Assembly (NCBI GenBank): GCA_965242865.1
Contig: CBDETK010000013.1
Location: 704,001 to 768,000, forward strand
DNA length: 64,000 nucleotides
Reading direction: 5' to 3'
Source of the DNA: Candidatus Latescibacterota bacterium
GTDB lineage: Bacteria > Latescibacterota > UBA2968 > UBA8231
Part shown: one piece after another, positions 23,438 to 35,669 of the stretch
Layout of the letters: each line of letters begins with the position of its first letter
Position numbering within the stretch: position 1 is the stretch's first letter
Translations under genes and position numbers: made by a program
Notes under the pieces: model-generated
Seen by the model: the letters and a program-made list of their open reading frames with translations, nothing else
What the model was told of the DNA's origin: nothing
Database searches by the model: none

Positions 23438-24121
23438 ATGCGCTTTTTCTTGCTGGTCTTATGGCTACTGCTCGCCCTTTGGGAGCCAGTGGCGGCTCGG
23501 ACGATTCGGGTCTCAGAAAAGGAATCAGAACATGGGTACTTTGCCTTGTATTGGGCTCTGATAGAGGCGGCTCCGCACGATACGCTGCTCGTCGCCGCCG
23601 GCTTGTATGAAGGGGGTGGTATTGACAAACCCCTGACGCTCATTGGTGCCGGAGCCGATAGCACAATAGTGGAAGGTCACTTCACTGGACTCGGGATAGG
23701 AGCCGAAGGGGTAACCATTGAAGGATTTTATATACGGGGCTCTGGGAAATGTCGTCTGTCGAGTGCTATTTACTGTAATAACTGTTCCGCAACACTCAAG
23801 CACAACATTCTTGAAGGATGTTACTCGGTGATTACCACCGATGGTAATGCTCGACTAACCGTCAACTACAACCACCTAATATCAGGAACCTTCGCCTTTG
23901 ACGTTTTTCCCTCTGACGAATTGCGAGGCAATAGTGGCATTGAGTCGCTCAATAGCCTGAGTTCCATTGACGCTCGCTTCAATTGGTGGGAAACGGAAAA
24001 GCAGGCCGAAATTCAAGCCAAAATATCTAGTCCTAGAAAGGATCTAATCAATGTTTCTGACCATCTAACCGAGAGTACAAAAGAATTAATCATCAACCGG
24101 GAAAACGAGGGAGATAGGTGA
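23438..24121 (+). CDS. Beta-helix protein, terminal copy E4 (different C-terminus, no WGxLK tail)
   Basis: Core identical in protein to E3 from ALIEAAPHD to FDVFPSD, then a distinct AT-rich 3' end. The stop overlaps the GTG of the giant gene. Confidence 0.85.
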   Translation: MRFFLLVLWLLLALWEPVAARTIRVSEKESEHGYFALYWALIEAAPHDTLLVAAGLYEGGGIDKPLTLIGAGADSTIVEGHFTGLGIGAEGVTIEGFYIRGSGKCRLSSAIYCNNCSATLKHNILEGCYSVITTDGNARLTVNYNHLISGTFAFDVFPSDELRGNSGIESLNSLSSIDARFNWWETEKQAEIQAKISSPRKDLINVSDHLTESTKELIINRENEGDR

Positions 24122-26900
24122 TTACTATGAACCGTGCTATACTCAAAATAACCGTTCTGCTTGTTCTATTACTCGTCGGTACTGTCCATTCGGCGACCAT
24201 AACCACGTCAGGTCGTAAGGTACTAATAGACGGGGAGCCTTTCTTTGCTCTTGGCGTTTACTACCAAAGGGAGGGTTCACTTAGTACGACCCACACCTCA
24301 TGGCAAACGCTAAAGGATCATCGTTTTAATCTACTAAATCTATCCGATCCTTTTCCCGTTAGGTCCATTGATTCCCAAACGAGTCCGTACGCCTCCTCGT
24401 TTAGGGGCTTTATTACGGCGAATCAGGTGGACTTACCGTGGCTAAGCAATACTCACCAGCCCTCTTACAACAACCCTACTAATGCACAATCTATAATGCA
24501 GAACGCGGCGGCTCATGATATATACGTCATCGCAGACCAAGCTCCTTTTACACCTGATGGTGCCAGAGCATTAAACGGAACTAACCTGAGGACTTATGGC
24601 ATTGATGCCATGGGAAATGACGTCATAAATGCTACTAAGAGACAGGAATTCATTAACAATTTAGCATTGCCATCCCCTCAAGGGTGGTCTCATTTCGGTA
24701 TAGATCATGACAATTTCTTTGGGTGGAACAGTTTGGACGAACCTGTATGGTTTTGGGGGCCTTATGAAGGTACGTCCTATAAGGGGACGCCGATTCGTTA
24801 TAACGAAACTCAAGTAACGAATATGTATAATAACCTAATCTTGGATAGCTATAATAAAATCAAGGCTGTCGATAGCACTCACGTCGTATTTATGAATTTC
24901 GCATACGCTCACGGATCCGCTTTTAGTGGGGGTGCGGCCTCGTGGAATGCGGATGGCGAGTTGGTCGTCGGAGGGGATAACATTGTCGATAATTATGTAA
25001 GAGACTTAAGACGTTACAGTCAAGCGGCTGACATTATTGCCATGGATATCTATCCGATACATAGCTACAGAGGCCGGACGCGCGGTACTTGGCCTGATCG
25101 CTATTGCCTGTTCGATGATAGTAGCTTATCCGTTATTGGAAAATATCAGAAATTGCTCAATGAGCGCGTCGTAACCGATAAGCCTGTTTACCAAGTACTA
25201 CAGTCGTGGACTGGTGCCATGAGGCCAACTCTGACGACAGCAGAAGTACGATTTCAAGCGTATGATGCAATCATCAACGGGGCTGCGGGCCTACTGTGGT
25301 TTGGCTGGCATGTTCCTGCTGCGTCCTCAGGGACGGACCTTACTTGGGAGCGCACCAAGGTGCTCGTGCGCGACGAGTTAAGCGATCCCATTCTCTATCC
25401 CGTCTTGTCGGCGGATACGTCTCCCCTCCACAGTTCGGTCTCCGTCGATACGCCTGATATAGAATTCTTACTCAAGAAATACAATGGCCAGTCGTATCTT
25501 TTCGCGGCTATACTTCTTCCACGGCGACCCACAGCGCAGTAACTTTTCGTGGGTTGTGTTCACAGGCGACGAGTGCTGAGGTGCTATTCGAGTCGCGCAT
25601 GGTCACTTGCCGTAATGGGGAAATCCAAGACAGCTTCGATCCCTACCAAGTGCATGTGTATAAACTCGACAACTGGTCGGGAACACTGGCTCAGAATACG
25701 ACTTGGAGCGGCACGGTCCGAGTCTCCGGTGATATAACGGTTGGTTCGGGTACTACACTGACATTGGAGCAGGGGACCGAGGTTCGCTTTCTGGCTAACA
25801 CGGATGATACCAACGGCGGCGACGACACCGCTCGCTCGGAACTGATCGTCGAGGGCACACTCAACGCGAACGCCGGCACCATCACCTTCCGCTCGGCGAG
25901 TGCTTCTTCGTCCAATACTGATTGGTATGGCATCCGCGTGGCCACCGGCGGTCGTGCCGATGTGTCCAACGCAACGATCCGCGATGGGATGCACTGTGTG
26001 CAGACCCATCAACTCAACTCGGTCACGCTGACCGGCCTGACCTGCGGTAATGGTGCTTCGCCGGTGCGCTTTGCCGAAAACAGCACGGACGCGGTAGCTA
26101 CCTACCAAGTACTGGGAGCCTCGTCGGTTATGTGGACGCTGGGCGGCGCGGATGAGACACTCTTTACCATAAATGCTACCGGTCAGTTGAGGTTTGCTAC
26201 CCCCCCGAACTTTGAGATGCCAAGTGGTAGTGGTGCGAATCGCGATAATACTTACGAAGTAACGGTGGAGGGGTATGCCGGGGAAGTCTATACGCTTTTC
26301 CCGGTGGTTGTGCAGGTGTTTAATGTGGAGGAGGAGGGGTCGGTTTCGCTGACGGGGGGGAGGCCGGAAGTGGATCAGGTGGTGGTGGCGACCTTGACCG
26401 ATCCGGATGGCGTGGTGGGGGTTCCGTCTTGGTGGTGGGAACGGGGGTCGAGTACGACGGATACGTGGACGGAGATTGCGTTGGCACATGCTGAGTCCTA
26501 CAAGCCGCAGCGGGATGATATAGGGTATCAGCTACGGGCGACGGCGCATTACACCGACCGTCATGGCTCCAACAAAAGTGCGTCGGGGGCCACGAGTGCG
26601 TCGGTGGTCGGTCGGCCGAGTGCGCCGCGGGAGTTTGAGGCGGTCCCGGGCGCGGGTGCCGGGGAGGTGGTCTTGCGTTGGCAGCCGCCGGCGTCGGATG
26701 GGGGGTTGCCGATAGATGTTTATAAAGTGCTGTATTTTTCGGAGACGCAGCCGAATACGGATAAGGCTGGTTTTTCGGCGGTGTCGGGGGGTTCGTCGGC
26801 ACGGGACACGACGATTAAGGGGTTGACCAACGGGACGCGGTATGTGTTTCGGGTGGCCGCCCATAACGAAGTGGGCAACGGGGATCGGGCCGAGGCAAAG

Positions 26901-29890
26901 GCGACGCCGCAGGTTCCCTGTCAACTGACGGGGGCGACGGTTCCGACGTTTGCGGAAAACGCCCTTGGGGCGGTAGGCACGTACACGGCGAGTGCGGGGT
27001 GTGGTTCGGCGTTGTCGTGGAAGTTGGCTGGGACGGATGCGAGTGCGTTTACGAAGTTACAAGGGACGGGCACGTCGCGGATGCTTGAGTTCAAGCGTCC
27101 TCCCAACTTTGAGCAGCCTGCCGACGCCGACAAGAACAACACCTACGCGGTGTCGGTGTCCATCGGCGACGTATCCGTGCCGGTGACCGTGTCGGTGACC
27201 GATGCCAACGATGCCGGTGTCGTTAGCCTTTCGACGACCGCGCCGCGAGCGGAGGAATCCCTCACGGCGACGCTGTCGGACGAAGATGGGATTGCAGAGC
27301 CGGTGTATTGGACACCCCACTATGAGGGTGCCTCGGACAGCGGCGGCGTAACCGGGCCGGCGTCGGAGGCGACGCAGACATGGACGCTGACTATCCCCAA
27401 CAGCCGCGTGGGGCAACCCCTGCGTATCCAAGCTGACTACACAGACTCTTTTGGCGCGGCGTCGGCGACGAGTGCTTTGACTTCGCCGGTGCGCCCGGCC
27501 TCCAACCGCGCCCCGTCGGTGTCGGGTCCGGCGTCGGTGGACATAGCCGAAAACAGTTCCTCACCGTGGTTGTTGGGCACCTATACTGGCCGCGACCCGG
27601 ATGGCGACGATCTGACGTGGAGTATAACGGGCACGGATGCGAGTGCGTTTGAATTGAAGGAACCGGCGTCGCCGGGGACGGAGCCGTCGCGGGAACTCCA
27701 TTTGGCGAATGCGGCCGATTATGAAGCCCAAGCGCGCTACGACGTGTGGGTGAAGGTCTCCGACGCGGTGCTGTCGGACAGCCTGCGGGTGTCGGTGTCG
27801 GTCGTCAATCAGAACGAGGATGGGTCGGTGGTGCTGACGGGGGGGTTGCCGCCGGAGGTGGGCACGGCAGTGGTGGCGGGGTTGACCGATCCGGATGGGC
27901 AGATTACGGGATCGGCTTGGCAGTGGCAGCGTCGGTTGGGCACAACGGGAGCATGGGAAGCGATTGGGGCCGGGGTGTCGGGGGCTTCGTCGGCGGTGTC
28001 GGGTGCGGCCTCGGCGTATCCTGAGCTATCGAGTTACACGCCGGTGTCGGGCGATGTGGGGTGGCAGTTGCAGGCGACGGTGCGCTACCGCGATGGGCAC
28101 GATCCCAACACGGAACGGACGGCAGAGAGTGATCCAAGTGAGGCGGTGGTCGGTCCGCCGGTTGCGCCGTCGGGGGTGTCGTTTCGGTCGGGGTGGACGC
28201 AGGTTCGGGTGGAGTGGTCGGCGGTGGTCGCGGCGACGAGCTACGCGGTGCAAGGGCAGAGCAAACCCTTTGATGGCGGGTCGTGGCCTTCGACGTGGAC
28301 ATCATTGGCGTCCGATGTCGTTGGCCGGCGGCGGTATGTTCACCAGGGGGTATCGCCGGATAGCCTGTATCGGTATCAGGTGCGGGCGCGGGTGGGCGAG
28401 TTGGAGAGTGCGTGGTCGGCGGCGGAGCCTTTGGCAGGGGTTCAGCCCGGGGTGGGTTCGCCGACGGGGTTTACCGCCGAGGCCGGGGCGAGCGAGGCGA
28501 CGCTGCGGTGGACGGGGCCGGATCATGCCAGCATCACCAAGTGGCGGTATCGGGATGTGACGGCGGAGGGGGCCGATACGGACGGGGACTGGCTGGACGC
28601 GACGGTCAGCGGTAGTGCCGTGGCGGGGTGGTCGGCCCCGGTAGAAGGCTTGACGGCCGGTCAAGCGTATCGGTTTCAAGTGCGGGCGGTCAATGGGGCC
28701 GGCGGCGGTCGGCCTTCGGCGGTGAGCAATACGGTCACGCCGTGGTTGGCTCGGCCCACCGGCGGTTCGGTTTCGGTGCAAGCCGGCCCGGCACTGAAGG
28801 TTGCTTGGTCGGCGGTGGCGTCGGCGACCGGCTATGAGGTGGAGGGGCAGAGCAAGCCATTCGATGGCGGGTCGTGGCCGTCGGCGTGGACGACGCAGCA
28901 GGCCAACGGCGCACAGCCCTATGTGCATCGAGGGGTGGACGCCGACCGCCGCTATCGCTACCGGGTGCGGGCGCGGGTCGGCGAGACGGTGAGTGCATGG
29001 TCCGATACGCTGCCGGGGGTGGCGGGAGTGCAACCGCCGCCGGGCGCGCCGACGGGCTTGACCGCCACGCCGGGCATCCGACAGGCGACGCTGACGTGGA
29101 CGGGGCCGACGCACACCAGCATCACCGAGTGGCAGTATAAGCGGGGCCAGATTTTGGAGCCGATCACCGCGTGGGGAGGGTGGCTGTCCATGGGCACGGC
29201 GGCGACGACGCGGTCGTTTACAGTGCGGCATCCGCTGGTGGATGGGGGGTCTTATCGGTTTGAAGTGCGGGCACGCAACGGCGGAGGATGGTCGGCGACG
29301 ACGCGGACGGATACGGTGACGTTGCCGGTGGACACCAAAGGGAGGGTGGCGCTCTCGACGACCACGCCGCGGGTCGGTGACGACCTGACCGCGACGTTGA
29401 CCGACCCGGATAACCCGACGGATGTGGGGTTTACTTGGTCGTTTTTCCTGCCGGCAGGGGTGTCGGGGGCCAATGGGGCCGATCCGCCGCCCAGCGCAGT
29501 GCAGTCGGAGCCGTTGCGGGTGAGCACGGTGCATTTGGGGTTGCAGATCCGGGCGCGGGTGTCCTATGCCGATGATTATGGTCGGCAGCAGGTGCAAAGT
29601 CCCAAGACGTCGGCGGTGGTGGGGCCGCCGTGGGCGCCGCGGACATTTACGGCGACGGCGGGCGACGGGCAGGTGGTGCTTTCTTGGGAGGTGCCCTTGA
29701 AAAGCGGCGGCTCGGCGATCACCAGTTACCAGTACCGCTACAAGAAGACCAGCGGTAGCTGGCCGGAGCACTGGACGAGTGCCGGCACGGCGACGAGCGC
29801 GACGGTGACGGACTTGACCAACGACACTCCGTACTCCTTTGCGGTGCGGGCGGTCAATGGCTACGGCGACGGCACGGTCGCCTCAGCGGT
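26901..29890 (+). repeat. Stalk repeat copy 4
   Basis: Near-identical to the other stalk copies. Confidence 0.9.
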
Positions 29891-31952
29891 GGCGACGCCC
29901 CAGCCGAAAAACCGCGCCCCGGATGTATCGGGTCCGGCGTCGGTGTCGGTGGACGAAAACAGCCTCACGTCCACGTCATTGGGCACGTACACTGCCCGCG
30001 ACCCCGACGGCGACGAACTGACTTGGAGCGTGACGGGGACAGATGCCCGTGCGTTTGAGTTGAAGACGCCGACGCCGCAGGGGACGAACCCGTCGCGGAC
30101 GCTGCACTTCCGCAACAAGCCCGATTACGAGACCCAGGACGACTACCAAGTCAGCGTGCAGGTCTCCGACGGGTCGCTATCGGACAGCCAGTCGGTCTCG
30201 GTGTCGGTCTCCGATATAAATGACGCCCCGAAGTTGTCGTGTACGGCGAACTCGGTGCGCGAAAACACCACCGATACGGCGGGCACATGCACCGCCAGTG
30301 ATGAGGATGGCGACGCGCTGACTTGGAGCGTGACGGGGACGGAGGCCAGTGCGTTTGAGTTGAAGACGCCGACGCCGCAGGGGACGAACCCATCGCGGAC
30401 GCTGCATTTTCGCAGCAAGCCCAATTACGAGGCCAAGAGCAGCTACCCCGTTACGGTGTCGGTCTCCGACGGGTCACGGGCGACGAGTCAATCGCTCACG
30501 GTGTCGGTCACCAATGCGGACGATGCGGGCAGCGTAACTCTGGCTCCAGACCCCCCCCAAGTCGGCCAGAAGCTCATCGCCACGCTCAAAGACGACGATG
30601 GGCGGGTCGTGGTGACTCGGTGGGCTTGGGAGCGGTTTCCCGAACCCTTTGGCGCGACGGGCGCGTCAGGGCTGGCCACGGGCGAGTACACGCCAGCGGC
30701 CGGGGAGGTCGGCCAGTATGTGCGGGTAACGGCCTATTATACCGATGGGCACGGGGAGAACAAGCAGGCGCAGAGCGCGCAAACCGCGGCGATTGTGGAT
30801 GTGCCGGGGGCCCCGCGGGACGTTACGGCATCGGCCGGCGACGGGCAGGTGGCGTTGAGTTGGAAGGCCCCGTTGTCGGATGGGGGGTCGAAGATTACCG
30901 GCTACCAGTACCGCCACAAGGCGGCGGGCGGCAGCTACGCTGGGTGGTCCACCACCACCACCACGAGCGCGACGGTGCGTAGCCTGACCAATGGCACAGA
31001 GTACACCTTTGCGGTGCGGGCGGTCAATGGCTACGGCGACGGGCGAGTGGCTACCGACACGGCCACGCCCCAGTCAAGCAACCGGGCCCCCTCGGTGTCG
31101 TGTACAGTACACTCGGTGGCCGAAAACAAGACCGGCACGGCGGGTTCCTGCACGGCCAGCGACCCGGAAGGCAACGCGCTGAGTTGGAGCGTGACGGGCA
31201 CGGATGCCGGTTCCTTCCAATTGACGGGCACGGGCACGTCGCGCACCCTCCACTTGGGGAGTAAAGCTAATTACGAAGCCAAGAAGCGCTACCAAGTCAG
31301 GGTGCGCGTCTCCGATGGCTCACTGTCGGATAGCGAAGCGCTCACCGTGTCGATTACCAATGCGGAGGAGGCGGGTTCGGTGGCGCTGTCTCCGGCCGTG
31401 CCGCGGGTGGGCAGGCTACTGACCGCGACGCTTACCGACCCTGATGGGGTGACAGGGTCTCCGTTGTGGGCTTGGACGCCCCTCGGCCCATCCGGGGCCG
31501 ACGACGACGATGCCGCCGAGCCTCCGGCGGTGTCTGGGGCCAATGGCTCCGCCACGAGCACCTACACCCCCACCACGGCCGGCGTTCGGATGCAGGCGAC
31601 CGCGTTCTATACCGACGGCCATGGCCCCAACAAACGGGCGCACGGAACGTCGGGGGCTGCCATCGACAAACCGGGGCCGCCGGGTGCCCTGTCGGCGCGG
31701 CCGGGCAACATCTACACGCGCGTAGATTTGAGTTGGACCGCGGCGGCGGCCAATGGTTCACCGATTACGGACTATCAGTATCGCTATAAGCGGAACGGCA
31801 CCAGCCGGTGGTCGGGTTGGTCGAGTGCAGGGACGGGAACCAGTTACACGGTATCCGGCCTCACGTCCAATACGGACTACAACTTTGAGGTGCGGGCGGT
31901 CAACGCGGTGGGGAGTGGGTCGGCCGCGTCGGCTACGGGTCGGTCGCGAGCC

Positions 31953-32138
31953 GAGGACGAGGACGAAGAAGAAACCGAGGACGAGGACGAAGAAGAAACC
32001 GAGGACGAGGACGAAGAAGAAACCGAGGACGAGGACGAAGAAGAAACCGAGGACGAGGAAGAAGAAACCGAGGACGAGGAAGAAACCGAGGACGAGGAAG
32101 AAGAAACCGAGGACGAGGAAGAAACCGAGGACGAAGAG
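31953..32138 (+). repeat. Coding VNTR (18/21/24-bp units) encoding E/D/T acidic linker
   Basis: Tandem gaggac(gaggac)gaagaagaaacc-type units giving EDEDEEET/EDEEEET/EDEEET. Confidence 0.95.
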
Positions 32139-32794
32139 CCGGCTGTGGAAGGACAGGCCGAAGGCGAGCAGACAGCGGAAGCCCCCGCCGAGGGCGATCA
32201 GACCGAAGAAGGCGAAGACGAACAGACCGAAGGCGAGGGCGAGCAGACCGAAGAAGGCGAAGACGAACAGATGGCGGAGGCCCCCGCCGAAGACGAACAG
32301 ACCGAAGGCGAAGAAGAGCAGACCGAAGAAGCCCCCGCGGCCAAGGTCGCCCTGCCCGACGCCGCCCTAGCCGCCCGAGCGGCCCCCAACCCATTTAATC
32401 CGACCACGACCCTACACGTCCAGCTACCCGCCAGCGGCCCCGTCCGGCTGACCCTATACAACGTCGCCGGGCAAGTCGTGCATACCTTGGTGGACACCGC
32501 GTTGGACGCGGGCTATCATACCTTCTACTGGGATGGACGAGACCAACACGGACGCCCCGTAACGTCGGGCGTGTACCTGTATCGGCTGGTAGCGGGACCG
32601 CACGTCGTCGTGGGCAAAATGGCCCTGATCCGCTGAGGAAAGAGCATGAGGAGGACATACTTAATGCACATACGCCACATCGCAACGAATCATACCCTTA
32701 TGGCAATTGGAAGCCTTGGACTCCAGTGCGCGTTACCTGTGGAGTTCCAACGCGAGATGTACTCCGCGCTGCATCCTCGCCCGGAGACGCCGTA

Positions 32795-34444
32795 ATGCGC
32801 CGGGGCATGGCTCGCCTTGCGGCTTTGGGATGCGCCCTGTGCTTGGGGCCGCCGTGGCTGGCGGCCGACGAATGGGTGATCGGGGGGCATGGCTTGCCGT
32901 GGGGCGAGCTCGTTCAGGTGCGCGCCCAAATCGACGACCAAAGCAGTCCGGGCGCGATCCAGTTGCGCGGCTTTACGCCCGACGAGAACATCATCACCTC
33001 GCTGGCGTGGGCGTATGGCAAGCCCAACGACTTGGTCAGCGAAGGCCATGCCGCGCTGTGGGACAATACAGCGGCCAAGAATTCCCGGTCGCTGTCCATC
33101 GTCGATGGCGACGACACCACCAGCACCGCCGACCTGTTCAAAACGGCCGGCGTCGATCAAGACGGGCGCACGTTCTTTTTGGACCTGGGTTCGCGCGTGC
33201 CCGCCGACAGCTTGGTGTTCTTTCCGCGGCAAGAGGGGACGTATGCCAATGGCAAGCCCTTTAGCGCCGACTTTGTCCGCAAGCACCGGATTTCCGTCAG
33301 CGACGGGCTGACATATATCAACAAGCAGCCGCTGTTCACCTTGCTGCGCGACATTCCGGTCAACCCCAACAGCGTGTTCACCATGAAGTTCCCCCAGCAG
33401 TTCATTCGCTTTATTCAATTGCGCGTGGGGTCGCGCAGTCCCTTTGAGATCGCCGAATTTGAACTGTACGGCAATGGGTTTGTGCCGCGGGCGACGTATC
33501 GCAGCCAAGTCATTGACTTGGGCGAGGTGTCCAACTACGGCACCATCTCTTGGGTGCAGCGCACGCTCGCCTTGGCCGATGGCGCATTGGTTGCATTGTC
33601 CGAGCCGGGGCAGACCTCGGTGGCGGTGCGGATGAAGACCGGGCAAGACGACAGCCCGCGGGTTCACTTTCAGAAGGTGGTGGACAATGAAACGCGCGCG
33701 GTGAGCCAAGAGGTGGTCTCGGAAGCGGACTACAACAAGCTGCCTTCGGGACAGAAGGGCGACATTGAGGACGACGCCGACAACTGGAGTCCGTGGTCGT
33801 TGCCGCTCGCGTCCGGGCAGTTGATTCCGCTGCCGAGCCCGCGGCCGTACTTTCAGTTGCAGATCGTCATGGAGAGCCAGTCCGTGACGCAGACGGTGCG
33901 CATCGACTCGTTGCGGATTGAGCATTCGCTGCCCCCGGCGTCGGCGGTCGTCGGCGAGATTTCCTTGGCGGCCGAACCCAACCCACCGGCCGACATCGGC
34001 GTCATCGACAAAGACGATACCGTGGTGCTGCCGAGTATTGACGGGGGCGAAGAGGTGCTCTTTGCCTACGACGTGCGCGCCGTGATCAACGCCAACCAAA
34101 ACGGCTTTGACGCCTTGCGCATCGACACGCCGACGCCGGTGCGCTTTGTCGGCTTGCAGATGGGCGAGCCGCTCGCGCCGGTAGAGCCGGATCGCGTCAG
34201 CGCGGGCGACCGCAGCCTCGAAGTGGTGTTCACCAGCCACAAGATAACCTTTGCCAACAACGTGCCGCTGCATATCCCTGCTCAGTTGGGGTCGATTGAA
34301 ACAGAAAGGACTGTGAGATGCGCTTTATTTTGCTGGTCTTATGGCTACTGCTCGCCCTTTGGGAGCCAGTGGCGGCTCGGACGATTCGGGTCTCAGAAAA
34401 GGAATCAGAACATGGGGAACTGGCCTTATATATGGCCCTGTTAG
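32795..34444 (+). pseudogene. 3'-truncated duplicate of the 45322 gene
   Basis: Near-identical to 45322-46798 up to 34271 (..FANNVPL), then reads out of frame into the beta-helix array. Lacks the C-terminal domain. Confidence 0.9.
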
Positions 34445-34992
34445 AGGCGGCTCCGCACGATACGTTGCTCGTCGCTGCCGGGTATTATGAGGGGGGTGGT
34501 ATTGACAAACCCCTGACGCTCATTGGGGCCGGAGCCGATAGCACAATAGTGGCAGGTCCCTACACGGCAATCGGGATAGGAGCCGAAGGGGTAACCATTG
34601 AAGGATTTTATATACTGGGCTTTGGGAAATGTCGTCTGACGAGTGCTATTTATTGTAATAATTGTTCTGCAACGCTCAAGCACAACATTCTCGAAGGGTG
34701 TTACTCGGTGATTACCACCGATGGTAATGCTCGACTAACCGTCAACTACAACCACCTAATAGCAGGAACCTTCGCCTTTGACATTTTCCCCTTTGACCCT
34801 CCGAGTGCTATTGACGCTCGCTTCAACTGGTGGGAGACGACGGTTGAACAGGAGATACAGGCCAAGATAGCCGCGGCGATGGACGAGGTGGTGTATCGGC
34901 CTTGGCTGCAAGGTCCCGAGGAAATCTTCCGTGATCTCCCTACCTTTATATCCCTGCTCAGTTGGGGCCAACTGAAACAGAAAGGACTGTGA
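34318..34992 (+). CDS. Beta-helix protein, array copy F1, SWGQLK tail
   Basis: Paralog; 5' half like E1, 3' half like E3 (mosaic). Confidence 0.85.
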   Translation: MRFILLVLWLLLALWEPVAARTIRVSEKESEHGELALYMALLEAAPHDTLLVAAGYYEGGGIDKPLTLIGAGADSTIVAGPYTAIGIGAEGVTIEGFYILGFGKCRLTSAIYCNNCSATLKHNILEGCYSVITTDGNARLTVNYNHLIAGTFAFDIFPFDPPSAIDARFNWWETTVEQEIQAKIAAAMDEVVYRPWLQGPEEIFRDLPTFISLLSWGQLKQKGL

Positions 34993-34993
34993 G

Positions 34994-35668
34994 ATGCGCT
35001 TTATTTTGCTGGTCTTATGGCTACTGCTCGCCCTTTGGGAGCCGGTGGCGGCTCGGACGATTCGGGTCTCAGAAAAGGAATCAGAACACGGGTACATGGC
35101 CTTGTATTGGGCTCTGATTGAGGCGGCTCCGCACGATACGCTGCTCGTCGCCGCTGGCTTGTACGAAGGAGGCAGCATCGATAAACCCCTGACGCTCATT
35201 GGCGCAGGGGCCGATAGCACCAGAGTGGCGGGTGCTTTCACGGCTCTCGGGATAGGAGCCGAAGGGGTAACCATTGAAGGATTTTATATACGGGGCCATG
35301 GGAAATGTCGTCTGACGAGTGCTATTTATTGTAATAACTGTTCCGCAACGCTCAAGCACAACATTCTCGAAGGATGTTACTCGGTGATTACTACCTCTGG
35401 TAATGCTCGACTAACCGTCAACTACAACCAACTACTAGCAGGAACCTTCGCCTTTGACGTTTTCCCCTCTGACCCTCCGAGCACTATTGACGCTCGCTTC
35501 AACTGGTGGGAGACGACGGTTGAACAGGAGATACAGGCCAAGATAGCCGCGACGATAGACGAGGTGGTGTATCGTCCTTGGCTGCAAGGTCCCGAGGAAA
35601 TCTTCCGTGATCTCCCTACCTTTATATCCCTGCTCAGTTGGGGCCAACTGAAACAGAAAGGACTGTGA
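34994..35668 (+). CDS. Beta-helix protein, array copy F2, SWGQLK tail
   Basis: Paralog, 224 aa, TGA-g-ATG junction. Confidence 0.85.
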   Translation: MRFILLVLWLLLALWEPVAARTIRVSEKESEHGYMALYWALIEAAPHDTLLVAAGLYEGGSIDKPLTLIGAGADSTRVAGAFTALGIGAEGVTIEGFYIRGHGKCRLTSAIYCNNCSATLKHNILEGCYSVITTSGNARLTVNYNQLLAGTFAFDVFPSDPPSTIDARFNWWETTVEQEIQAKIAATIDEVVYRPWLQGPEEIFRDLPTFISLLSWGQLKQKGL

Positions 35669-35669
35669 G

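Larger units (their letters stand above)
24118..32636 (+). pseudogene. Unit E giant protein: signal peptide + TIM-barrel glycoside-hydrolase-like domain + beta-helix linker + cadherin/FN3 stalk + acidic linker + FlgD-Ig C-terminal domain; 1-nt frameshift
   Basis: ORFs 24118..25542 and 25554..32636 are collinear with intact 36350..45163. gcggctatac at ~25510 vs gcggctaatac at ~37766 shows one A missing. Could be a sequencing error. ATG at 24127 is an alternative start. Confidence 0.8.

Noticed and set aside
31953-32138. CRISPR-like short repeats (also 44513-44719)
   Set aside because: Contiguous in-frame coding repeats without unique spacers; no cas genes.
32726-34444. 572-aa ORF, and the 504-aa ORF at 19914, as genuine novel fusion proteins
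   Set aside because: Their C-termini are read-through across duplication or deletion junctions, out of frame into the beta-helix gene.
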